Shown here piece after piece: positions 19,426 to 27,873 of a DNA stretch of 64,000 nt (position 1 is the stretch's first letter; each line of letters begins with the position of its first letter). Below the pieces are notes generated by a model, which searched no databases, had not been told where the DNA came from, and worked only from the letters and a program-made list of their open reading frames with translations. A program made the translations under genes and the position numbers. This DNA comes from Polyangia bacterium (lineage in GTDB: Bacteria; Myxococcota_A; Polyangia; JAAYKL01), in contig JBNKCR010000148.1 in the NCBI GenBank assembly GCA_050287845.1, positions 37,411-101,410 of the forward strand. The letters run 5' to 3'.

Positions 19426-21237
19426 ATGAAACCTGTATTGCCTTTTGCGATTTTTATGCTGATCGCTCTGTATGGTCTGTCGGTTCATGCTCAGACAGAT
19501 ACCGATGACATGGATGACGACGGATTGTCAGACGACCGTTTCAAACCGGTGGCAACAGATTCGGATACGCAATCCGCTGACAGCGGCAATGGAGACGACG
19601 ACGGTCTGTCTGATGATCGGTTCAAATCGACGGATTCCGATATTCCGCAGAAAAATGTTATTGAAGAATTGCCTGATACCGAGTGCGACCTGTTCACTGC
19701 TGACTATGTGGAAATTCTGAATCCGCCGGCCCGGTGGCAATCGCGGGATACCGAGCTGTACCCCATGACTGTGCGCTGGGACAGGGATGGACGCCTGCAG
19801 GATTTGTACTCGAATTGCTGCTGGCCGGCCGACGAGGAAAAGCCACGATGCGAAATCCGCGTTGTACCGAAAACGTGGCAGATGCCGATTTCGGAATGGC
19901 GGGGAGATGCGGCGGTCTCCTATGAACGACTGCAGCCGCTCGATTTGGAGGAGAATCAGGAAAACTACCGCAATCGATTCAGTGTCAATCTGCGGTCGCA
20001 GTTGGGGTTCAATCCCGGACGGGGAACGGCGCTGACTGGGGTGGACGTTGATGTGATTGCTTCGTTGCTGTCCGGCGAATCCGATACCCTCACTGCCGAC
20101 GGGTATCGGTTGTTTGCCAGAGCGCTCAACGCATACGCAGCGTGGCGCTGGATGCCGATGGCGTCGGTAAAGCGGGGGTCCGGTACGGCCTATTACGGCC
20201 GACATCGGTTTGGGGTCAGTTTTCGCGGGGGGGTGATTCGGCAATCCATTGAGTACGCCAACACATTTTTCGATATGCCGATTTACCAGTTCTATGGTCG
20301 CGCCGGTGCGTACGACACCGAGCAGAATTTTCGTCATTATGGCCCCATGACTGCGGGGCTTCTTGCGCGCACCGGTCTGGAAGGGCGCAGTCGAATTGGC
20401 GGGTTGGTTGAATCGAACAATACCTTTTCGCTGCCCATTGAGGCGGCTCATGTGCTGATGATGGATTTCAACACGCGTCTCGAATTTCTGGGCGCCACTC
20501 TGCTCGCCCCCAATGATTCCATGGCGCTGGAGCATCCGGCAACCATGACATTCCCACCGGAAGCAACATGGGAAAAGGCAATCACCCGGAACTCGGATAC
20601 GGCGATGGCGATTGCGCCCAAACTGAACGTGGGCGTGTTGACCAAAACCGATACACTCCGTCTTCATCTGGCATACTCCGGTGAATACACGGTGGTGCCT
20701 TCTGAAATTAATTTTGGTTCCAGCGATATAAAGAGCCGCTACAATTTAAGTACGTTCCAGCTGGATTTGGGGATGCACATATTGCAGTTGAAACTGGCGT
20801 ATATCCGATTGAAAACCGACTATGAAAGGACACACCCAAAGTTGGGCACTGCCGAACAGACCCAGACCAACGATATGTTTCGTGGATATCTGGCGTTTCA
20901 TCTGTTTGAGATGCTGGCCAAATTCAATCAGCGGCTGGTTCACTACAAGCATGCCCTTTCGTATTATATGGAGTATCTGTACAACACCCGCCAGACTGAG
21001 CTGACATCCACCGCCCCCTCGTCGCAGCAAACGATTCCGGTATGGAACAATCCTTCGTTTACACATACCTTCAAGGGTGGATTGATTTCGGTGTTTCCGC
21101 TGTATCCGTCGCTGGACCGGCTGGCCTCTCATCCCCATGGGGTTCAACTGGATTTGCTGGTGGATGTCAGCGTTGCCACGGTTGCTGATTCGCCATATAT
21201 GACCGGACTGCTCGGGCTGCGGTTGCACCCCTATTGA
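19426..21237 (+). CDS. putative outer-membrane / secreted protein with duplicated Asp-rich Ca-binding-like motif
   Basis: - Signal peptide ending VHA-Q.
- Duplicated DDDGLSDDRFK motif.
- Long beta-rich region.
- C-terminal aromatic residue (LRLHPY), as in beta-barrel OMPs.
- Start is 4 nt after the stop of the MBL gene. Confidence 0.6.
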   Translation: MKPVLPFAIFMLIALYGLSVHAQTDTDDMDDDGLSDDRFKPVATDSDTQSADSGNGDDDGLSDDRFKSTDSDIPQKNVIEELPDTECDLFTADYVEILNPPARWQSRDTELYPMTVRWDRDGRLQDLYSNCCWPADEEKPRCEIRVVPKTWQMPISEWRGDAAVSYERLQPLDLEENQENYRNRFSVNLRSQLGFNPGRGTALTGVDVDVIASLLSGESDTLTADGYRLFARALNAYAAWRWMPMASVKRGSGTAYYGRHRFGVSFRGGVIRQSIEYANTFFDMPIYQFYGRAGAYDTEQNFRHYGPMTAGLLARTGLEGRSRIGGLVESNNTFSLPIEAAHVLMMDFNTRLEFLGATLLAPNDSMALEHPATMTFPPEATWEKAITRNSDTAMAIAPKLNVGVLTKTDTLRLHLAYSGEYTVVPSEINFGSSDIKSRYNLSTFQLDLGMHILQLKLAYIRLKTDYERTHPKLGTAEQTQTNDMFRGYLAFHLFEMLAKFNQRLVHYKHALSYYMEYLYNTRQTELTSTAPSSQQTIPVWNNPSFTHTFKGGLISVFPLYPSLDRLASHPHGVQLDLLVDVSVATVADSPYMTGLLGLRLHPY

Positions 21238-21325
21238 TTTTATCCCCGGTCAATACCTCTGACTGGTCGACTTCCTCAGTGAACACAGTGCATGGAAAAA
21301 TACTGAACGAATGTCTGCAAAAAAC

Positions 21326-21354
21326 TGGACATTCGAATGGTGTCCTACTATATA
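21326..21354 (+). promoter_or_regulatory. putative sigma70 promoter of nrdDG (TGGACA-17 nt-TATATA)
   Basis: -35 TGGACA at 21326-21331, a 17-nt spacer, and -10 TATATA at 21349-21354. The -10 overlaps the first NrdR box. Confidence 0.5.
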
Positions 21355-21392
21355 TGGTGTCATCAGTTAAACAGTGACACCATATATGGTGT
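21345..21392 (+). promoter_or_regulatory. tandem NrdR boxes
   Basis: Box 2 (21377-21392) is ACACCATATATGGTGT, a perfect 16-bp palindrome fitting the NrdR consensus acaCwAtATaTwgTgt. Box 1 (21345-21360) is CTACTATATATGGTGT, 13/16 to the consensus. Centre-to-centre spacing is 32 bp, as described for tandem NrdR sites. Confidence 0.65.
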
Positions 21393-21393
21393 T

Positions 21394-21568
21394 GATGTCG
21401 CGGTTGTTTTCCTTTATGGGGAAGACCGAAGAGGGAATCCGGTGAGAATCCGGAGCTGCCCCGCAGCGGTAATCGGGAACGAAACTCTCAACAACGCACT
21501 GGGAAACCCCGGGAAGCAGAGAGGAGTAGGCATTCTGCCCGAAAGTCCGAAGACCTGCCGATGACATC
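21394..21568 (+). promoter_or_regulatory. cobalamin (B12) riboswitch
   Basis: AGAGGGAATCCGGTGAGAATCCGGAGCTGCCCCGCAGCGGTAA...GCACTGGGAAA...GGGAAGC...AGTCCGAAGACCTGCC matches the conserved core and B12-box. Candidate P1 pairs GATGTC (21394-21399) with GACATC (21563-21568). Lies 113 nt upstream of the nrdD start. Confidence 0.88.
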
Positions 21569-21680
21569 TCACATTGCCGACCGGACCTTCGAGGGAAAAG
21601 GTTGTCGGGCACGCCGATTTATCTGTCGGTGGATTCCCCCCATATCCTCAGGTCAGGTCCGTTTGTTGAAGGAGCCACAG

Positions 21681-23807
21681 ATGACCATCGTGAAATCGAA
21701 TCCCGGACCGGGAAACCGCGCCCCGTCGGTGCTGCCCATCCGAATTGAAAAAGTGCAGAAGCGCAGTGGGGAAATCAGCGCGTTTGATATGGATAAAATC
21801 AGACAGGCCCTTGTGCGGGCCGGAGCAGCCACCGGTGAATTCTCTTATGAAGAAGCAGAACGACTTGCGCTGCGCACCACGGTGAGCCTCTGCACCATGG
21901 GTACGGCGTGTCCCCAGGTGGAGCAGATACAGGACGTGGTCGAAGAAGTACTGCTGCAGTCGCCGCACCGGAAAACGGCCCGGGCCTATATTCTGTATCG
22001 GGAGCAGCACAAAACTATCCGGGCACTTGCAAATCGGGACAGCGTAAGTCTGGTGGACGGGTACCTTGGCAAACTGGATTGGCAGGTGAAGGAAAACAGC
22101 AATATGGCGTATTCCCTCCAGGGATTGAACAATTACATTTCGAGTGAGATTTCAAAGGTCTACTGGCTCAACCGCATCTATCCACCTGAAATCCGGGATG
22201 CCCATGAAAGCGGTGATTTGCACATTCACGATTTGAATCTGCTCGCCGTGTATTGCGTGGGCTGGGATTTGCAGGACTTACTGTCTTCCGGATTCCGGGG
22301 CGCCGAGGGGAAGGCTGAAAGTTCTCCAGCAAATCATTTCAGAAGTGCGCTTGGACAAATTGGAAACTTCTTCTACACATTGCAGGGGGAGGCTGCCGGG
22401 GCACAGGCTCTGTCCAGCTTTGACACGCTTCTGGCGCCGTTTGTGCGGCGGGATGGGTTGACCTATGGTGAGGTGAAACAGGCCATCAAGGCATTTGTCT
22501 TTAATCTCAACGTACCCACGCGGGTAGGTTTCCAGACCCCGTTTACCAATCTCACCCTCGATTTGAAACCGAGTGTGAACCTGCGGGACCAATGCGTGAT
22601 TGTCGGTGGCGAGATTCAGCCGGAGACGTATGGTGAATTTCAGCACGAAATGAATATGATTAACCGCGCGCTGTTTGAGGTGCTCGGGGAAGGGGATGCC
22701 CGGGGGCGGGTGTTCACCTTTCCCATTCCCACGGTGAATGTGGATAAAACTTTCGATTTCGAAGATGAGGCGCTTCTTCCACTCTGGGAGGCTACGGCAA
22801 GATATGGCATTCCGTATTTCGCCAACTTCATCAATTCTGCGCTCAACCCCGAAGATGCCCGCTCCATGTGCTGCAGACTCAGGCTGGATACCCGGGAGCT
22901 GCAAAGCCGGGGCGGCGGTCTGTTTGGCGCCAATCCGCTCACCGGATCGATTGGGGTGGTGACGTTGAATCTGCCGCGATGCGGTCGGGAAGCGCGGAAC
23001 AGGGCAGACTTTTTTGAATTGCTGGATAAACGGCTGGAACTGGCCAGAAACAGTCTGGAGATTAAGCGAAAAGTGCTGGAGCAGTTTACCGAAAAAAAAC
23101 TGTATCCGTACACGTCTTACTATCTTCGCGCCGTAAAAGCGCAACACAACTGCTATTGGGCCAATCACTTTTCGACCATCGGGTTGCTGGGCATGCACGA
23201 AGCCTGTCAGCATCTGCTTTCTGTGGGCATTGATACGTCGGAGGGAAAAGCGTTTACCCTGGAAACCATGGATTTTATTCGGCGCAGACTGCAGCAGTTT
23301 CAGGAAGAAACCGGCAATTTCTACAATCTGGAAGCCACCCCGGCCGAAGGGGCGGCCTACCGACTGGCTCTGCTCGACCGGAAGAGTGAGGGAGATGTGG
23401 ATGAGGTGCGCGTGTACACCAACTCCACACAGCTTCCGGTGAATCATACCGATGACATATTCGAAGTGATTGAACATCAGGATGCCATTCAGTCGAAGTA
23501 TACCGGTGGCACGGTGCTCCATATTTTTTCAGGCGAAGAAAACACCCGTCCCGACGCCATCCGGCGGTTTGTTCAGAAAATCTGTTACAGCTGTACCATG
23601 CCCTATTTCACATTCACGCCCACATTCAGCGTCTGTCCGGAGCATGGGTACCACAGCGGCAGGCATGATACCTGCCCGGCGTGCAACGACCCGTGCGAAG
23701 TGTACTCCCGGGTGGTGGGGTATCTGCGCCCGGTGAACCAGTGGAATGACGGCAAAGCGGCGGAGTTTCAGCGGCGAAGTCTGTATCGCGTGGGGGATTC
23801 CAGGTGA
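21681..23807 (+). CDS. nrdD: anaerobic ribonucleoside-triphosphate reductase (class III)
   Basis: - N-terminal ATP-cone (IEKVQKRSGEISAFDMDKIRQAL...).
- CCRLRLD thiyl-Cys region.
- C-terminal CPEHG...CPAC zinc site.
- Glycyl-radical motif SRVVGYLRP.
- ATG 21681 follows GAAGGAG. Confidence 0.9.
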   Translation: MTIVKSNPGPGNRAPSVLPIRIEKVQKRSGEISAFDMDKIRQALVRAGAATGEFSYEEAERLALRTTVSLCTMGTACPQVEQIQDVVEEVLLQSPHRKTARAYILYREQHKTIRALANRDSVSLVDGYLGKLDWQVKENSNMAYSLQGLNNYISSEISKVYWLNRIYPPEIRDAHESGDLHIHDLNLLAVYCVGWDLQDLLSSGFRGAEGKAESSPANHFRSALGQIGNFFYTLQGEAAGAQALSSFDTLLAPFVRRDGLTYGEVKQAIKAFVFNLNVPTRVGFQTPFTNLTLDLKPSVNLRDQCVIVGGEIQPETYGEFQHEMNMINRALFEVLGEGDARGRVFTFPIPTVNVDKTFDFEDEALLPLWEATARYGIPYFANFINSALNPEDARSMCCRLRLDTRELQSRGGGLFGANPLTGSIGVVTLNLPRCGREARNRADFFELLDKRLELARNSLEIKRKVLEQFTEKKLYPYTSYYLRAVKAQHNCYWANHFSTIGLLGMHEACQHLLSVGIDTSEGKAFTLETMDFIRRRLQQFQEETGNFYNLEATPAEGAAYRLALLDRKSEGDVDEVRVYTNSTQLPVNHTDDIFEVIEHQDAIQSKYTGGTVLHIFSGEENTRPDAIRRFVQKICYSCTMPYFTFTPTFSVCPEHGYHSGRHDTCPACNDPCEVYSRVVGYLRPVNQWNDGKAAEFQRRSLYRVGDSR

Positions 23808-24520
23808 AGTGGGGGGGCCTGATACCGTTCAGCCTGAGCGATTTTCCGGCAAGTATTTCGGCCATCGCTTTTGCGAGGGGGTGTAACTTCAGATGCGCCT
23901 ATTGTCACAATCCGGGGTTACTGGACAATCCTGGTGAGACGGCAGAAAACCCGGAATCCGGGGAACATCGGCGCTGCGCAGATGAATGGACATCTTCGAG
24001 TATTCTTTCGTTTCTCAAAAAGCGACAGGGTCAGCTGGATGGTCTGGTCATTACCGGCGGTGAGCCAACCTGTCAGCGGAAACTGGTTTCGTTTGCCGCG
24101 GATGTGAAAAAGCTGGGATACAGAATCAAACTGGACACCAATGGCAGTTTCCCCGAAGTGCTTGATACGCTGATTTCCGGACGATTGGTGGATTATGTGG
24201 CCATGGATATCAAAGCGCCCTGGCACCGGTATGAACGTGTGAGTGGGTTGCCTGTGGATTGCAGTGCAATTCGCAGGTCGGTTCAAATCCTGTCCGGGAG
24301 CGATATTGCGTTTGAGTTTCGTGTGACAGCGGTCAGTCCGTTCATTTCCAGGGAGGATCTGTTGACCATTGGACAGGAATTCGGCGGACTTGGGCCGCTG
24401 TTCTTTCAGAAGTTCACCAGACCGGAACACATTCCCATCCATGAAATGGCCACCACTTCCGGACTGCAGGAGGTGGCCAACTATCTCGGGCGGCGGTTTA
24501 AATCGGTTCGCATCAGATGA
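23804..24520 (+). CDS. nrdG: anaerobic ribonucleotide reductase activating protein (radical SAM)
   Basis: CNFRCAYCHN (CxxxCxxC) and GGEPT motif. GTG start overlaps the nrdD stop by 4 nt. Confidence 0.85.
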   Translation: MKWGGLIPFSLSDFPASISAIAFARGCNFRCAYCHNPGLLDNPGETAENPESGEHRRCADEWTSSSILSFLKKRQGQLDGLVITGGEPTCQRKLVSFAADVKKLGYRIKLDTNGSFPEVLDTLISGRLVDYVAMDIKAPWHRYERVSGLPVDCSAIRRSVQILSGSDIAFEFRVTAVSPFISREDLLTIGQEFGGLGPLFFQKFTRPEHIPIHEMATTSGLQEVANYLGRRFKSVRIR

Positions 24521-24606
24521 AATTCGTTGTTCGCGGGCGTAAAAATTCGCAGTATGTGATTAGATCGTAGACAAAATACAGTGCTCCGTGATAGTTCCGC
24601 GGCGTT

Positions 24607-26190
24607 ATGAGTACCAGTTCAGCACGAGAAATCGCCAAACGTAGAACTTTTGCCATTATCAGTCACCCCGATGCGGGGAAGACGACCATTACCGAAAAAC
24701 TGTTGCTGTACGGCGGGGCCATTCAGGTCGCCGGAGCGGTGAAATCCAGAAAAGCCGACCGGGCAGCCCGAAGTGATTTCATGGAGATGGAGCAGCAGCG
24801 CGGCATTTCCGTATCCACTGCGGTCATGAGCTTCGAGTATGGCAGGCATGCCATGAACCTGCTGGACACCCCGGGCCACAATGATTTTTCGGAAGATACC
24901 TACCGCACCCTCACTGCAGTGGACTCCGTGCTCATGGTCATTGATTCCACCAAAGGGGTGGAGGCGCAGACCCGGAAATTGCTCGATGTCTGTAAGCTCA
25001 AGAAGACGCCGGTGATTACCCTGATGAACAAGCTGGATCTTGAGGGCATGGAGCCTCTGGACCTGATTGACAATCTCGAGAAGGAACTCGGTGTGGAATG
25101 CGTTCCCATGAACTGGCCCATTGGAAAGGGCAGAGAATTTAAAGGGGTGTACGAGCTAAGAAGCGGCGAGATGCATTTTTATCTGTCCCATCGACAGGAC
25201 CGTAAAAACGATGTGGAAAAAATGGATCTGAACAGCGATCAGGCGGCAACCCTCATTGGCGAAAGCGAAATCGTCAAACTCCGTGAAGAAATCGAAATGG
25301 TAAAGGCGCTCACACCGGAACTGGAGATGGACCGCTTTAATCGCGGCGAAATCACGCCGGTTTTCTTCGGATCCGCGCTCAACAACTTCGGCGTGCAGAC
25401 GGTTCTTGATGCCTTCTGTGATATTGCGCCGCCGCCCGGACCGCGAGAAGCCGCAAGTCGCATTGTGGCCGCAAGCGAAGACAAGTTTACCGGTTTCGTG
25501 TTCAAGATTCAGGCGAATATGGATCGCAATCATCGAGACCGGATGGCGTTCATTCGGATTTGTTCCGGTGTATTCAACCGGGGAATGACCCTCCGCCACG
25601 TGAGAACCGGCAAAGATAGCATCGTTCGAAATGCCCTTACTTTTCTGGCGAGGAATCGCAATCTGGTGGAAACCGCGTATCCCGGGGATATTATCGGCAT
25701 TCCCAATCACGGCACCATCCGCATCGGAGATACGTTCAGCGAGGGAGAAGATGTTCGAATCACCGGTGTGCCGAGTTTTGCCCCGGAACTGTTCCGTCGG
25801 GCGAGACTGCGGGACCCCATGAAAGCAAAGGCGCTCGGCAAGGGACTGACCGAGGTCTGCGAGGAAGGCGCCGCCCAGTTGTTTCGTCCGCTGACCGGAT
25901 CCGATTACATCATTGGTGCCCTCGGGGAACTGCAGTTTCAGGTGATTGCTTCCCGTCTGATGAACGAGTACCGTGTCGATGCCACTTTCGAGGGGATTCC
26001 GCGCAACGTCTGTCGCTGGGTCATTGCAGATGAGGATACCAGACAGGATATCATTAAACGATATGAACGGGACCTTTTCTACGATGGCAGCGGCAACCTG
26101 TGCATCCTCTCCGACAATCTTTTCCGCTGCACACAGATTGCCGACAAATTCCCCAACGCCAGACTCAGCAAAATCATGGAGATTCAGTGA
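24607..26190 (+). CDS. prfC: peptide chain release factor 3
   Basis: Translational GTPase: RRTFAIISHPDAGKTT (G1), DTPGHNDF (G3), NKLD (G4). 527 aa, typical RF3 length and termini. Confidence 0.95.
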   Translation: MSTSSAREIAKRRTFAIISHPDAGKTTITEKLLLYGGAIQVAGAVKSRKADRAARSDFMEMEQQRGISVSTAVMSFEYGRHAMNLLDTPGHNDFSEDTYRTLTAVDSVLMVIDSTKGVEAQTRKLLDVCKLKKTPVITLMNKLDLEGMEPLDLIDNLEKELGVECVPMNWPIGKGREFKGVYELRSGEMHFYLSHRQDRKNDVEKMDLNSDQAATLIGESEIVKLREEIEMVKALTPELEMDRFNRGEITPVFFGSALNNFGVQTVLDAFCDIAPPPGPREAASRIVAASEDKFTGFVFKIQANMDRNHRDRMAFIRICSGVFNRGMTLRHVRTGKDSIVRNALTFLARNRNLVETAYPGDIIGIPNHGTIRIGDTFSEGEDVRITGVPSFAPELFRRARLRDPMKAKALGKGLTEVCEEGAAQLFRPLTGSDYIIGALGELQFQVIASRLMNEYRVDATFEGIPRNVCRWVIADEDTRQDIIKRYERDLFYDGSGNLCILSDNLFRCTQIADKFPNARLSKIMEIQ

Positions 26191-26378
26191 GCGCGGCAGT
26201 ATGGAGCGGCATCAGTTTCCCTGGATAACGTGACGTTTTTCTACGCGCGGTTACTGCTGAGTTCGGCGATGTCGGCGACTGGCTGCGCACCATCGCCATA
26301 TTGGTCTCACGACGGGGAACTGCAGAATGAAAAAATAGGGGGATGTAACTGAAAAAGAAATCAGTGGGGCAAAGAGGA

Positions 26379-27671
26379 CTATTCGGTTCCGGTGTCTGTC
26401 TCCGTTTCGGTATCCGCGGTTTCGGTATCCGCGGTTTCGGTATCTACGGTTTCAGTATCCTCGGTTTCCACGGCTTCCTCGGTATCCTCAACGATTTCTT
26501 CGGTATCTGCCAGAATATCCATGAATGGCCATTTCTTACCACCGTAGAATCCAATGTGATCCAACCAGATGTCAAAGTTTTTAGTACCGTGTTCCGGAGC
26601 GGGGACCTTCACCTGGAAGTTAACGATTCTATTGGGATCAAACGCAACAGGCGTTCCCCAGCCTTTCTGAATGAACTGATCCCAGCTGGCGTGATATTCC
26701 CGCCAGGCACCATCCAGTTCAAAACGCACAAAGTGGTAGTCGAAGCATTTTTCCATGGCATCTTCGTCGCAAAGCCCACCGTCCGTCAGCGGTGCACTCT
26801 CCGGCATGGCCAGAACCACTTCCACGGCGGTGTTTCCTGTGGCCCACATGACAAAGCCTTCCTGACCCATGTCGCCGAGGCAGCGGGGCTCCTTCATGAT
26901 GTTGTCGGTGTTGTCGTACGACAACTTGAATTTCTCCTTGCCGGAGTCGTTTGTCCAGATGTAGCCGGCCGAGTAGAAAGAGCCCTCGACCTTGTATTTG
27001 CCGAGCATGTCTCCTTCATGTCTATCTTCAAAAATGATTCGTGTATCCTCGTTCTTGTACTCATCAGGGATCACGCTCGAAAATTCCAGATCGTCCATGC
27101 ACAGCGGGTTACCGTCGTCGTCCTCGCGGCCTTCAGTGAAATAAGCTGGAATATTGCCGTTTTTATCGCGCATGATTTTGTTGGAATCTTCCGGGTCGGT
27201 CAGGGCAAGAAAGCTGTAATTGGCGAAATATGTTCCGTAGCCTACCCCTTCGCCAGCGGTGGTACCGGTCATGTGAAATGAACGGGTGCTGTGAAACTTC
27301 TCAAATTTGTTCGTATGGTTTACATCGTACCCGGTGGCGATATTGCAGGCTTTGGGATATGGATCCAGCAGACTGCCATCTTCCCTTTTACACATGGTGG
27401 AATCCTGGGGACGGGGCTCGATATAATCCAAATCAGTATTGGGGTCATCATACATGTACATATATCCGCGGCCACCGCCGGCAGCGACACCCTCAGCGTT
27501 GTAATGGTTTTTCAACTCGAAATCAGTGAACAGGTAAGTGATTTTATATTTGGGGTCGTGCTCTGTGGAATAGGTTTCATCCTTTTCCGCAGCGCAACCT
27601 GCCAACGCCGCTGACAGCGCCCCCGAGAGAAGACACGCTGTTAGAGAAAATATTACTCTGCTTTTTTTCAT
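26379..27671 (-). CDS. lipoprotein with CBM/CIA30-like C-terminal region and acidic T-E/D repeat tail
   Basis: MKKSRVIFSLTACLLSGALSAALAG-C lipobox. ATG 27671 follows GAGGTG. The tail is EDTEEAVETEDTETVDTETADTETADTETETDTGTE. The domain assignment is weak. Confidence 0.6.
   Translation of the reverse strand: MKKSRVIFSLTACLLSGALSAALAGCAAEKDETYSTEHDPKYKITYLFTDFELKNHYNAEGVAAGGGRGYMYMYDDPNTDLDYIEPRPQDSTMCKREDGSLLDPYPKACNIATGYDVNHTNKFEKFHSTRSFHMTGTTAGEGVGYGTYFANYSFLALTDPEDSNKIMRDKNGNIPAYFTEGREDDDGNPLCMDDLEFSSVIPDEYKNEDTRIIFEDRHEGDMLGKYKVEGSFYSAGYIWTNDSGKEKFKLSYDNTDNIMKEPRCLGDMGQEGFVMWATGNTAVEVVLAMPESAPLTDGGLCDEDAMEKCFDYHFVRFELDGAWREYHASWDQFIQKGWGTPVAFDPNRIVNFQVKVPAPEHGTKNFDIWLDHIGFYGGKKWPFMDILADTEEIVEDTEEAVETEDTETVDTETADTETADTETETDTGTE
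26400..26490 (-). repeat. imperfect 15-bp in-frame tandem repeat (GGTTTCGGTATCCGC-like units) encoding the acidic tail
   Basis: Read directly: ...cgtttcggtatccgc ggtttcggtatccgc ggtttcggtatctac ggtttcagtatcctc ggtttcc... Confidence 0.85.
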
Positions 27672-27873
27672 AATACACACCTCAATTTTAAATACGGTTA
27701 GTCGAACTCGTCATCTAGTCTACACTTTATAAGAACAACGTTAATAATAAACGCCATTTTTAAACATAAATATGGTGGATTTACAAGAAAACATTGGCTC
27801 AGAATATCCACACATGTTTAAAAAACTTCAGTCTGGTTCCGGAATATCCGGTGTCATTCGGACTGTTCAGATT

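Noticed and set aside
24279-24290. GGTTCAAATCC, a tRNA T-arm-like word
   Set aside because: It lies inside the nrdG coding frame. The flanking bases do not form a 5-bp T-stem, and no acceptor or anticodon arms can be drawn. I found no credible tRNA anywhere in the window.
26400-26490. Tandem repeats as a possible CRISPR-like or minisatellite array
   Set aside because: The units are 15 bp, contiguous without spacers, in frame, and inside a coding region. No CRISPR-type repeat-spacer structure exists anywhere in the window.
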